Assembly: GCA_964187785.1 (NCBI GenBank)
Contig: OZ076409.1
Span: forward strand, 35,652,001 to 35,716,000
Source: Amphiscolops sp. MND2022
Lineage: Eukaryota
Direction: 5' to 3'
DNA length: 64,000 nucleotides
Shown here: piece after piece, positions 25,490-37,989 of the stretch
Layout: each line of letters begins with the position of its first letter
How positions within the stretch are numbered: the stretch's first letter is position 1
Position numbers and translations under genes: made by a program
The notes under the pieces: model-generated
Seen by the model: the letters and a program-made list of their open reading frames with translations, nothing else
What the model was told of the DNA's origin: nothing
Databases searched by the model: none

Positions 25490-28400
25490 ACTTGCTAGAA
25501 ACTTTCTCGAGAGCCGCTTGGATCTGTTTATACACCGGCGGTGCTCAGGTTGTTTTCTTCCCGAATGCGAAACACTGTTTGATGAGCTTTGAAGGTATTC
25601 GACATTTGAGAACGGTTTGCTGAATTGCTTTTGATTAATCAAGCACTCTAAATAAATATATATACAGACAATCAAGCAGGAGGCAATCATTGTTAAATGA
25701 AGTTACCCAATTCCTCTACGAAAAGAAGGTTTTGGTTTGAGAGAGCAGGAAAACTTTGAATAGGAAGACCAGAAAAAAACTTGATTAAAAAGTCAGAAAC
25801 ACCATTTAATTCTCAATTTCATTGGTTAGCTTTAGATGAAACATTTCTACGTAGAGTTATCATTATTGGGGACTCGAATTTTGTGCGGTGCGTGTCACAT
25901 TTCGTGGAATCACATCTCTTAACAGCTGCAGTTCAAGTGAGTAGTTCGTTCGTTGAAAGTTACATGATGTTCGATTGATTCTAATGAACGAGTCGAATTG
26001 TCAGTAGCAATGGACAATGGTATCCTGGAAAGGGATTGCGGGCTAAGTTTCCGGGGGCTACGTGCAATGAGCTTCATCGTCCGACGTTATCCTTTTCTGT
26101 GAAAAAAACAGACCTGAGCCAGCATCCTTGGACTGTCAAAAAGCCAGATGTAGTAGCCAGCTTCCAGCGTTTCAAGAACGTATGTGTTGAACAACAGCAG
26201 GGTGTTGTTCTTGTTAGAATTGGGCTTCTTCAGAAGGCCAGACGCTATACTCTCTCTTGTACAACAAACAAATCAATTACTGTATCAAGGTATGCCTCAT
26301 TGCTATGCCAGCCCAAGAGACATTAGAGACTCGGGACATATCGGAAAAGATAATGTTCACTTTTGATTTTGAGTGTTTACCAGGCTGCCCGACTATTCAA
26401 CTGTATAATTGAACCAGTTTCATGATTGTTTTCGTTTGGTTCTAAAGTTGGCTGTTTCCTTCTCCTGATGTTCCGTGAACTGATGTTTAGGTTTCCCTTT
26501 TCAGCGTTGAAATCCCTTAGAAGAGAGTCATGAACTTGCACGAGCTTGCGTTAACGAGAATCGCAAAAAATTTCCTAGAAATCCGCTGGGATGTTTCTGG
26601 CATCCGAGGAGTTCAAGGGTTGTTGCTTCCCTGATGCCTATGAATGTATGCTGAGCCTTGGAGAAAGTGAAACTTTTTTCATTGAAAACGGTGTTTGTAG
26701 TTGCTGAAAATTCTATGGATAAAGTTGATAGACTGCCAAAAATGTGTTTTCTACAATTTGTGAATTATGTTTTCATCAGTACCTCTAAATATGTATACCT
26801 TAGATCGTTGAAAAACCGAAAACCTCAAGATCATTAAGTTAGCACATTTTAAATCTTTGCGTTTCGAAAGCTCAAATTGCCTAATCCAAATCTTCTGTCT
26901 GAGCGTGAGTTGTCGCAAAGAAGATGTCAAGTTGTCTATAAAGGATGATTTAAAGACAAACTCCTTCGATTTTGCAGCTTTGAAACTCCAGTTTTTTCGA
27001 CTGATGGTTCACAACCATCTCATTTACACATGGTTCTCTGTTCTAGATAAATAACCCCCTTTTGTTTGGAAACTTTGTTTGGTAACGTTTGTGTGGACTC
27101 GGTTAACGAGACATGCTAGAAACTTTCTCGAAAACAGCTTGGATCTGTTTTTACACCGGCGGTGTTCAGGTTTGTTTCTTCCGAAATGCGAAACACTGTT
27201 TGCAGAGCCTTGAAGGTTTTCGACATTTGAGAACGGTTTCCTGAGTTGCTTTTGAATAATCAAGCACTCTAAATAAATATATATACAGACAATCAAGCAG
27301 GAGGCAATCATTGTAATATGAACAGTTACCCAATTCCTCTGCGAAAAGTTTGTTTTGGTTTGAGAGAGCAGGAAAACTTTGAATAGGAAGACCAGAAAAA
27401 AACTTGATTAAATAGTCAGAAACACCATTTCATTCTCAATTTCATTGGTTAGCTTTAGATGAAACATTTCTACGTAGAGTTGTCATTATTGGGGACTCGA
27501 ATTTTGTGCGGTGCGTGTCACATTTCGTGGAATCACATATCTCTTAACAGCTGCGGTTCAAGTGAGTAGTTCGTTCGTTGAAAGTTACATGATGTTCGAC
27601 TGATTCTAATGAACGAGTCGAATTGTCAGTAGCAATGGACAATGGTATCCTGGAAAGGGATTGCGGGCTAAGTTTCCGGGGACTACGTGCAATGAGCTTC
27701 ATCGTCCGACGTTATCCTTTTCTGTGAAAAAAAACAGACCTGAGCCAGCATCCTTGGACTGTCAAAAAGCCAGATGTAGTAGCCAGCTTCCAGCGTTTCA
27801 AGAACGTATGTGTTGAACAACAGCAGGGTGTTGTTCTTGTTAGAATTGGGCTTCTTCAGAAGGCCAGACGCTATACTCTCTCTTGTACAACAAACAAATC
27901 AATTACTGTATCAAGGTATGCCTCATTGCTATGCCAGCCCAAGAGACATTAGAGACTCGGGACATATCGGAAAAGATAATGTTCACTTTTGATTTTGAGT
28001 GTTTACCAGGCTGCCCGACTGTTCAACTGTATAACTGAACCAGTTTCATGATTGTTTTCGTTTGGTTCTAAAGTTGGCTGTTTCCTTCTCCTGATGTTCC
28101 GTGAACTGATGTTTAGGTTTCCCTTTTCAGCGTTGAAATCCCTTAGAAGAGAGTCATGAACTTGCACAAGCTTGCGTTAACGAGAATCGCAAAAAATTTC
28201 CTAGAAATCCGCTGGGATGTTTCTGGCATCCGAGGAGTTCAACGGTTGTTGCTTCCCTGATGCCTATGAATGTATGCTGAGCCTTGGAGAAAGTGAAACT
28301 TTTTTTCATTGAAAACGGTGTTTGTAGTTGCTGAAAATTCTATGGATAAAGTTGATAGACTGCCAAAAATGTGTTTTCTACAATTTGTGAAATATGTTTT

Positions 28401-30463
28401 CATCAGTACCTCTAAATATGTATACCTTAGATCGTTGAAAAACCGAAAACCTCAAGATCCCTAAGTTAGCACATTTTAAATCTTTGCCTTTCGAAAGCTC
28501 AAATTGCCTAATCCAAATCTTCTGTCTGAGCGTGAGTTGTCGCAAAGAAGATGTCAAGTTGTCTATAAAGGATATCTTAAAGACAAACTCCTTCGTTTTT
28601 GCAGCTTTGAAACTCCAGTTTTTTCGACTGATGGTTCACAACCATCTCATTTACACATGGTTCTCTGTTCTAGATAAAAAACCCCCTTTTGTTTGGAAAC
28701 TTTGTTTGGTAACGTTTGTGTGGACTCGGTTAACGAGACATGCTAGAAACTTTCTCGGAAACAGCTTGGATCTGTTTTTACACCGGCGGTGTTCAGGTTT
28801 GTTTCTTCCGAAATGCGAAACACTGTTTGCAAAGCCTTGAAGGTTTTCGACATTTGAGAACGGTTTCCTGAGTTGCTTTTGAATAATCAAGCACTCTAAA
28901 TAAATATATATACAGACAATCAAGCAGGAGGCAATCATTGTAATATGAACAGTTACCCAATTCCTCTGCGAAAAGTTTGTTTTGGTTTGAGAGAGCAGGA
29001 AAACTTTGAATAGGAAGGCCAGAAAAAAACTTGATTAAAAAGTCAGAAACACCATTTCATTCTCAATTTCATTGGTTAGCTTTAGATGAAACATTTCTAC
29101 GTAGAGTTATCATTATTGGGGACTCGAATTTTGTGCGGTGCGTGTCACATTTCGTGGAACCACATACCTCTTAACAGCTGCGGTTCAAGTGAGTAGTTCG
29201 TTCGTTGAAAGTTACATGATGTTCGACTGATTCTAATGAACGAGTCGAATTATCAGTAGCAATGGACAATGGTATCCTGGAAAGGGATTGCGGGCTAAGT
29301 TTCCGGGGGCTACGTGCAATGAGCTTCATCGTCCGACGTTATCCTTTTCTGTGAAAAAAACAGACCTGAGCCAGCATCCTTGGACTGTCAAAAAGCCAGA
29401 TGTAGTAGCCAGCTTCCAGCGTTTCAAGAACGCATGTGTTGAACAACAGCAGGGTGTTGTTCTTGTTAGAATTGGGCTTCTTCAGAAGGCCAGACGCTAT
29501 ACTCTCTCTTGTACAACAAACAAATCAATTACTCTATCAAGGTATGCCTCATTGCTATGCCAGCCCAAGAGACATTAGAGACTCGGGACATATCGGAAAA
29601 GATAATGTTCACTTTGATTTTGAGTGTTTACCAGGCTGCCCGACTGTTCAACTGTATAATTGAACCAGTTTCATGATTGTTTTCGTTTGGTTCTAAAGTT
29701 GGCTGTTTCCTTCTCCTGATGTTCCGTGAACTGATGTTTAGGTTTCCCTTTTCAGCGTTGAAATCCCTTAGAAGAGAGTCATGAACTTGCACGAGCTTGC
29801 GTTAACGAGAATCGCAAAAAATTTCCTAGAAATCCGCTGGGATGTTTCTGGCATCCGAGGAGTTCAAGGGTTGTTGCTTCCCTGATGCCTATGAATGTAT
29901 GCTGAGCCTTGGAGAAAGTGAAACTTTTTTCATTGAAAACGGTGTTTGTAGTTGCTGAAAATTCTATGGATAAAGTTGATAGACTGCCAAAAATGTGTTT
30001 TCTACAATTTGTGAATTATGTTTTCATCAGTACCTCTAAATATGTATACCTTAGATCGTTGAAAAACCGGAAACCTCAAGATCCCTTAGTTAGCACATTT
30101 TGAATCTTTGCCTTTCGAAAGCTCAAATTGCCTAATCCAAATCTTCTGTCTGAGCGTGAGTTGTCGCAAAGAAGATGTCAAGTTTTCATAAAGGATATTT
30201 TAAAGACAAACTCCTTCGTTTTTACAGCTTTGAAACTCCAGTTTTTTCGACTGATGGTTCACAACCATCTCATTTACACATGGTTCTCTGTTCTAGATAA
30301 ATAACCCCCTTTTGTTTGGAAACTTTGTTTGGTAACGTTTGTGTGGACTCGGTTAACGAGACATGCTAGAAACTTTCTCGAAAACAGCTTGGATCTGTAT
30401 TTACACCGGCGGTGTTCAGGTTTGTTTCTTCCAAATGCGAAACTGTTTGCTGAGCCTTGAAGG
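25490..30463. repeat. Tandem triplication of a ~1.63-kb unit inside WDFY intron 4
   Basis: Same ORFs recur at 26184, 27810 and 29436 (period 1626); a diverged partial copy follows at ~30810-30950. Confidence 0.95.
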
Positions 30464-31539
30464 TAAATTTTTTTACGTCAGTGGTGGTGACGTTTATAAT
30501 AGCTCGTGTTGATCGACTTCTGAAAATAAGCTCTCAACAGTTCCCATAACTTGTATTTCCCGAACATTCAGATATATACACCTAAGATCCCTAATTCAGC
30601 GCCGTTCTGGTCTCCGCCTTTCGAATCCTCAACCTTCCCACCCCAATGCGTTTTTCTGATAGTGTGTGGTCCTAGAAGTAGTGTCAGCTTATCAGAACTG
30701 TTTTTAGGTAGATATATTTTTTTCCCAATTTTTGAAGTACATGTTTTTCTGCTGATACCGCTTCACAAGTGTTTTTGGTTCCAGGTTATTATTCCAGAAT
30801 GGTAATTTTGTATGGACTCCGTTAACGAGACTATCAAGATGCACCCTCGAAAGCTGTTGAGATCCGGATTTGACATCTGCGGAGTTTAGGAAATGTTGCT
30901 TACCAATTGCAAAACATTGTTTGACAAGGCTTGAGAATGCTTTCTTCAAATTATGAAGTTGTATTTCCTCGGAAATCATCTTAAATTAGATTCATTTTAC
31001 GTTTCTTTTAAAATCACCAGCAGAAGAGCTTTTAGCTCTTCCAGGCAATTTGAGCTGTTACAATTTTTTAATGCTGTTACGCGGAAAAAAATAATTCGGG
31101 GACTTTTTCCAAAATTTTGTGTTGCTGCAGCGACTTTTTCAACGTGTAGTGAAATGCTGCCAGGATTTTCCGAGTTGCAGTATAAGGTTTTCTCTGTGCG
31201 CAGTCTGAATGTTTTCTTTTATAAAAAATAACCCTGCATGTATGCCTGCTACATGTAAAAAGTAAAAAGTCCCGGCAATTTCGACTAGGGTAACCATTTA
31301 AGGAGGTACTGCAGCTTGCAGCGTAACAACGTCAACTCGGCTTACAACTATAGACATGTCTTTTTAAAAAATTGAACTAACATCACTCATTTCAAACTAA
31401 CATGGTTTCTAACGAACTTGGTTTCGTCGCCCAATTCAATGGCTTAAAATAAAAATCACTTGTCACAGCATGGAAAAACAAAGTGAGCACGAGCAAGCGC
31501 TATCAGTTCCATAAATGTTTGTAAGTGACAAAAACTCAC

Positions 31540-31594
31540 CATGAAAATCACGATGTAAAGACACACTGTTGAAATCTTCGGCTAGTTTGAATTC
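31540..31594 (-). CDS. WDFY2: WDFY1/2-like exon 4 (EFKLAEDFNSVSLHRDFH)
   Basis: Matches EF.L.ED.N of WDFY; ctgcag / gtgagt; 55 nt. Confidence 0.9.
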
Positions 31595-31669
31595 CTGCAG
31601 CAAATCAACAGAATGGGTCACACAGTCAAAGCTGGATTTCAAAAAGAATTGTAACCGGGGTGCGTTTAC

Positions 31670-31743
31670 CTGAATGACGCCCATGTTCAAACCCACAAAC
31701 ATTTTCAGTTGTCTTTCATCGAATGCTATTGCGGTACCCATGT
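31670..31743 (-). CDS. WDFY2: WDFY1/2-like exon 3 (DMGTAIAFDERQLKMFVGLNMGVIQ)
   Basis: ttcag / gtaaac; 74 nt; aligns to the F....RRL..GLDNG.I segment. Confidence 0.9.
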
Positions 31744-31817
31744 CTGAAGAGAAAGACTCGACTGATATCAGCAAAACAATTTGCGCATAATTAGAGGGCT
31801 TGTTGAACGAATCTAAC

Positions 31818-31885
31818 CGGGTAGTCCATAGCAAACGCTAGGCCAGTATTGACCATTGTCTCGTCTGAGCCACACTTTAAGCGTC
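31818..31885 (-). CDS. WDFY2: WDFY1/2-like exon 2 ([22 protein letters not shown])
   Basis: Near-identical to the WDFY signature VWLKRDSGQYWPS; ttgtag / gttag. Confidence 0.95.
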
Positions 31886-32857
31886 CTACAAAAAGCCGAA
31901 CAATTTGGACTTGAGTTTGTGAATTCATTCAAAAATTTAATTGCCTCGAGTAGCCGAGGGATGACAGATAACTAAGTCTGTCTATATCTAAGTTCATATA
32001 CCAAGAAACGTGATCCCAGGGTCAGAATCTGGCTCGAGTTTGAGCTGGCTATCTTACCCCAGTTTGAGTTGCCCCCTGTAAAAACTGAACCAATAGAAAA
32101 ACTCAGTGAAAATAAAAAATTTAGCAGAATCAGCAACGCAAAACATAAAAAACCTAATTTCATGTGACGATATCTCCGTTTAATACTGTGTTTCTTCGAC
32201 TGTGCTAAGGCAGAGATATTAACCCTAAATGAACGATGGTACGATTTCGTACCAGTTAGTGTCTGCAAACTTGTAAAGGCACTAGCTGACCTTATGGTAA
32301 AGAAAATTCTTGAATAAGATATTCAGACGATTTAACACAGCATTCCACGCCTTTTCACGGAATATTGACATGATCTTTCCGAAATCAAGAAAACGGGACC
32401 AACAAATCAAAAAAATGAGCGCATCCCACTGGTATCAAGATTGGGTCAAAGTGGCCCTAGCATAATTTGAAACAAGCCGAAATGCAGTCAGGGACACGAG
32501 GCGTGCAAAGATTTGGCGCAAAGTTCGGAGCCAGTGTGGCGAAACCCTTATTGCTGTCTTTCGAACGCGCTTTAAATCGTTAGTCGGGCTCGAATAGTTT
32601 AGGATATATTGCGGTTTTAAGTTTAAGCACCAGATTTTTGGATGGAACATGAATATTCCTCGTTCATTTAGACTTAATAAACGAACACCAACCCTACACC
32701 CAGCCATTGTAACAAGGCAGTACATAACTACTTCAGGTTTATCCAACCAAAAAATTCAATACCAATAGAAAATACAAATGGAATTGAATGTCAGCTTCGA
32801 AACAAAGGGCGAATTAGTGAAATAGAAAAATTCGAAAATTTCATGAAAAATCCTTAC

Positions 32858-32949
32858 CGGTCATTAGAAACAGTGATGACCCCATCTTCAGATGTGACGA
32901 TAGCAAATGCGTTAACTTGGCACTCGAAGCGGTTTAAAATATTCAACAT
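32858..32949 (-). CDS. WDFY2: WDFY1/2-like exon 1 (MLNILNRFECQVNAFAIVTSEDGVITVSNDR); assembled CDS 1158 nt = 385 aa
   Basis: Aligns to VN.A...KE.GVISVS.DR; gtaagg donor; in-frame TGA upstream of the ATG; true start could lie on an unseen upstream exon; WDFY1 vs WDFY2 not distinguishable. Confidence 0.85.
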
Positions 32950-33920
32950 TGCGCCTGCTTCAACTTGAATGTCTCAAATGAGCCACCACTTTGCCAAATT
33001 GAGTAGCAATCTATCTATTATCTGGACACGAGAAACGTTGGCTGAAACGAAGCCCACACAACCGCTGATGTCTTGTCGAGTAGTTAAACAGTCTTCCACT
33101 TGCAAGCCTCGATCTCTCACAATGATAGATCAAGAAGAAACAGGCTGTGAAAGCATGATGATCAACTTCATACACACTTCTGAAAATTACCATCCACACA
33201 TGTGACACCGCTTTGAGAATTGGAGAATGAAAATGACAAAAAAAGTAACATGCTAAAAGAAATCGATAAATGAAGATGCGAGTCGGAAAATAAATTGAGA
33301 TATTAATGATAATAAGTTAAACATTCAAAATGAGGAGAAAGTTAGTCTTGTCACACTAGCGCCACTGTTCAAACACACTTCTCTAAGACTTGCAGCAGCA
33401 GCCGCAGCAGCTACATATGACAATTTTGTAATCCTTTCCCTAAACGAAACAAGCTACTATCATTTCCAAACTTGTGGCATGGAGCTTAGAGGTCAAGGTC
33501 ATCATATACATGACGTAATAATGAACTCTATTCTATTATGTAAAGTACCTGCCTACTATACTGTAAGTGCCTATATTATATCATTCAGGCCTTACTGAAA
33601 AGCCTTAATACAGTATTACATTCCAACTCTTTATTACTATTTACAAGATACATGGCGCATTCAGAATGACTTCGAACAGTTCCAAAATCATTACAAATGA
33701 CCAAACGGGTCGAAATTCCTCAAGTGAGGAATCGGAAAGGAAAAGAACGAAACAACGCCAAAAAATAACATTACCCATATTCGAGAAGAAGACGATACCG
33801 GAGGCAAAACTGTGGTGGAAGAGATTTATCCAGTACGTAAAAATGACCCAGGATAAAGACCTGACGATAATGACGAATGACAAAGAAATCTTGTCCCAAT
33901 ATAGGGAAGAACTAGAACTA

Positions 33921-35415
33921 ACAAGACGGGAACGTCTAAAGTCGGCGCTATATCTAGGGCTCAAAAAAGCGCAATTTTTTAAATTTGTTAAAGGGGGGAC
34001 CCTTTCGACTTTTTGAAAATCCAGTCTGTTGCAAAATATCAAAAAAGTTGAGGGGGACCCTTTGGAGACATTAAAAAATTCGGAAAAAAAGTCGCACAGT
34101 GCGAAAAAAAATTGAGTCACACAGTGCCGAAAGAAATTGGTCGAAAAAGTTTCTGGCTAAAGCAAGGACTCGAACCCGTGACCGCTGGGTTCACCGTAAA
34201 CCCAGTACTGACGAGTACATGTGAGCGAGAGTGAAGTCTGTAAAAAGTGGTGAGGTCTGTGATCGCGATGAGGTCTGTGGTCTGACGAAAAAAAAAGAAA
34301 ACAAGACGGGAACGTCCCAAGTCGGCGCCATATCTTAGGCTCAAAAATATTCAAGGAAAAACTATTGGAAATATTTGGAAAAAATTTTTTCAAAAAAGTA
34401 TTTGTTAAAAAAGTCGCACAATGCCGAAAAACCTAAAAAGAGTTCATTTAGGCTCATTGAACGTTTTTTACAAACCGAAAACTTCAAATAACTCAAGGGG
34501 GTACCCTTTGATAAAATTCGAAAAATTTCGAAAAAAGTCGCATAGTGCCGAAAAAAACCCAAAGGGGGACCCTTTGGTCTCACCTGTACTTTTGGAAGCA
34601 TTAAAAAAGTTATGGTTCAGTGCGAGAATCGAACCTACGCTCTCCGGCTTGGTCGAAGATGAACAAATATGAAAGATAAACAAATTGTAAGAAAAGTGGA
34701 CCACTCAGAGTGAGATTGTCAACTGAAAAAAAAATAAACAAGACGGGAACGTCTAAAGTCGGCGCTATATCTAAGGCTCAAGAAGCGCAAAGTTTTCTAA
34801 ATATGCTTAAGACGTATTCATGAAAAGCTTTGAAAACACTTTCGAGACACCCAAAGTGTGCCTTTCATGCTCGATATGACTGGAAAATCACTGTTTCCCG
34901 ACTGGGAACAAAATAAAATTTGAAAACTTTTTTTTAGAATTTTTTGTGAAAAAAACTTCGAAAATGTCGCATAGTGCCGGAAAATGAAAAGGGGGACCCT
35001 TTGGGATTCATTAACATACATTCTGTTGCAAAATATCAAAAAACTCGAAGGGGTGACTCTTTTGAGACCGTAAAAAATTTTCGAAAAAAAAGTCGCACAG
35101 TGCCGAAAAAAATTGAAAGGGGGGAACCCTTTGGTCTCTTCCGGTTTTGTAGGTTACGTAAAAAAGGTAAAAAATGAAAGGGGGGACCCTTTGCACTAAG
35201 TTTCCATTGGCCTGACTTGGCCTGAGTAGTCTTATCAGTTTCTGTAAAAAGTGGTACATACGCGATGAGCTCTGTGGTCTGACGAAAAAAAAAGAAAAAA
35301 ACAACTAGCCACTGTAATGGTCGGGCTTTTTTCCTTAAAGAAAAAGGCGCCGACTAAAAAAACTAGCCACTGTAAGAGTCGGGCACTTTTCCCTAAAAAA
35401 GGCGCCGACTAAAAA
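33921..35415. mobile_element. Three nested HINE-like copies inserted into gag
   Basis: acaagacgggaacgtc starts at 33921, 34301, 34738; duplicated ggcgccgactaaaaa termini; gag resumes afterwards. Confidence 0.8.
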
Positions 35416-37472
35416 TAAAAAAGGACATTCATCTGGGCACTGGGCGAAGACCGGGGTAACGGATGTGACCAAAACAGTCAGAAATTATGACCCAAACAAA
35501 ATGAATATAAATCAACTGTACTCCCTGTTCAGGCTCCATTTCATACCGGAGCGAAACAAATTCCACAGCAGAGCCGATTTTTTCGGTATCACCCGAGAAC
35601 CGAACGAAACAGCGGAGGACGTATGGACGAGAAAACTGCAAACAGAGAAAAATTGCGAATTTGATAACGTTACTCCAGCTGAATTAATTGCATCGAAGTT
35701 TCAATCTCTTATCGGAAAATCAACAGGAGATTATGAACTGAAGAAGAAGATCCGGAAGAGCAAAATGACTATTGAAACGATAACCGATATAATACACGAA
35801 TATATGTATGACCGCTTAAACGAGTCCAATAATTCAAATGACAGGAGAGATATGAAACACGTGCAAGGAAGACCGCAGAAAAGAAAATGGCCAGAAAAGC
35901 CCAGTCACAACAAACATAAAGGAATACCGGAATACCAACAAGGAAAATACAAAGATAACCGTTGCGGACAATACGGAGCACCAAACTGCACCAGACAACA
36001 TGTATGTCCAGCAAGAACGGTCGATTGTAGAAAATGCAAAAAGGGGGGACACTATGAGACAATGTTCTGCCCACCGAAAAGAATTGAGCCCGTAAACAAA
36101 ACGTCATCATCAGAATATAATTGGGACTTACGATAAAATTCAAAGTATTCACAACAAGAAGAAAGGCGACTACATCTAGGTAACATTAATGGTGAACAAC
36201 GCACCAATAAAATTCATTATTGACAGCGGATCACCAGTAACATTGATACCACAACGCCTATTCAACAGCATCACAAAGGTGGAGAAAAAGAACACCGATT
36301 ACAAAGATGTCAATACCAAAATTGAATTCGTCGGACAGACGACAGCAACGGTGAAAACAAATAAACGACACTCCAACTGCCGCTATTAATTACAAAAGCA
36401 AACATTACACCGTTAATGGGACTGGATTGAATGAAACAGCTACTAATAACAATCAGCGCAAATACCGCAGAAATTAAAATCCATAACAGACTGGGTGAAT
36501 CTGAAAAGAAAATTATCAAACTGAAGAACGAATTCAATAATTTGTTCTACAATAACGAAAGAAAAGATCTGGTGGTAAAAGTAAATCTGAAGGAAGATGC
36601 AAACATCTTTCAACAAAAGGGACGACCGATACCAATTCATCTACAAGATCAAGTAGCAGAAGAACTAAAAACGCTGATAAAGAACGGTTACTCAGAGAGA
36701 GCAACCGAGTTAACCGAAGATTGCTTCGTAAGTCCACCAGTAAAAACAGTAAAGAAGCATAAATCAGTAAAAATTCCACTGGACTCACGAGTGGAAGCAA
36801 CTAACGAAGCAACTTTTAAAAGAAAACAAATGCCGAACCTGGAAGAGTTTCAAGAATATCACGCAATATATCCGAAGGGAAAGAAGGCGAGATCTGGATA
36901 ACAAAACTAGACTTCGACTACGCGTATGGCCAAATCAAACTGGACGAGAAAACAAGAGACCTATGCATATTCACCGTTACAGTAGAAGAGTTTACGGGGT
37001 ACTGCCGTTTTCTAAAAGGATTTTACGGACTGGCAGATATACCAACAATTTTCCAAGAACGGATAGACAAAACACTAGAATTCAAACACCCCGCGTGGTT
37101 AGACGACATAATTATCGTAACCAAAGGAAACATAGAAGAACACGAAACGGAAACAAAAGAAACAATGAAGAAACTAGAAGAAGCAGGCTATAGACTACAC
37201 CCCAGAAAGTGTGATTTTTTTAAAAAAAGGAACTGAATGGATGGAACACAAAATCGATGAAAACGGAATCAGACCACTACAAGACAAACTGGAAGCGATC
37301 ACAAAAACAAATATACCAAAAAAATAACGAAAAAGATGAAGTCCTTCCTGGGAGCGATACAATACCTATCGAAATACATTGAAAACCTATCAGCACAAAC
37401 CGATATACTAGGATAACTAATGAAAAAAAAACAACATAACGCATATACCATGTTTAGCACACTACAATTCAA

Positions 37473-37989
37473 ACAAGACGGGAACGTCCCAAGTCGGCGT
37501 CATTTCTAAGGCTCAAAAATATTCGAGGATCAACAAATGGAAACATTTAGAAAAAATTTTTTTAAAAGGATTTTTGGAAAAATTATTTTTCAAAATGTTT
37601 TTTCTTGAAAAGTCGCATAACGCCGAAAAACTCAAAAAGAGGCCATTCATGCTCATTAAACGTTTTTACAAACCGAAAACTTCGAAAAAATGCAAGGGGG
37701 TAGCTTTTGATAGCATTCGAAAATATTCGAAAAAAAGTCGCATAGTGCCGAAAAAAACCCAAAGGGGGGATCCTTTGGTCTCGCCTCTACTTTTGGAAGC
37801 ATAAACAAATTTGTGGTTTGGTGCGACAATCGAACCTACGATCTCCTGTTTCTCAAAAAATTAGTTGAACAAATGAACAAAAGATTGTAAAAAAAGTGGA
37901 CCATTCAGAGTGAGATGGTGAGCTGAAAAAAAACTACCCACCGTAATAGTCGGACTTTTTTTCCTAAAGGAAAAGGCGTCGACTAAAAA
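37473..37989. mobile_element. HINE-like copy inserted between RT and RNase H
   Basis: Family termini; pol sequence resumes at NILTTDAS. Confidence 0.8.

Noticed and set aside
31463..31834. 123-aa ORF as a single-exon gene
   Set aside because: Read-through of two WDFY exons and adjacent short introns
32969..33208. Short overlapping ORFs upstream of WDFY
   Set aside because: No motifs or splice support; probably 5' UTR or promoter sequence
34150..34230. tRNA gene
   Set aside because: Only a T-arm/B-box-like motif; no complete cloverleaf could be folded by eye
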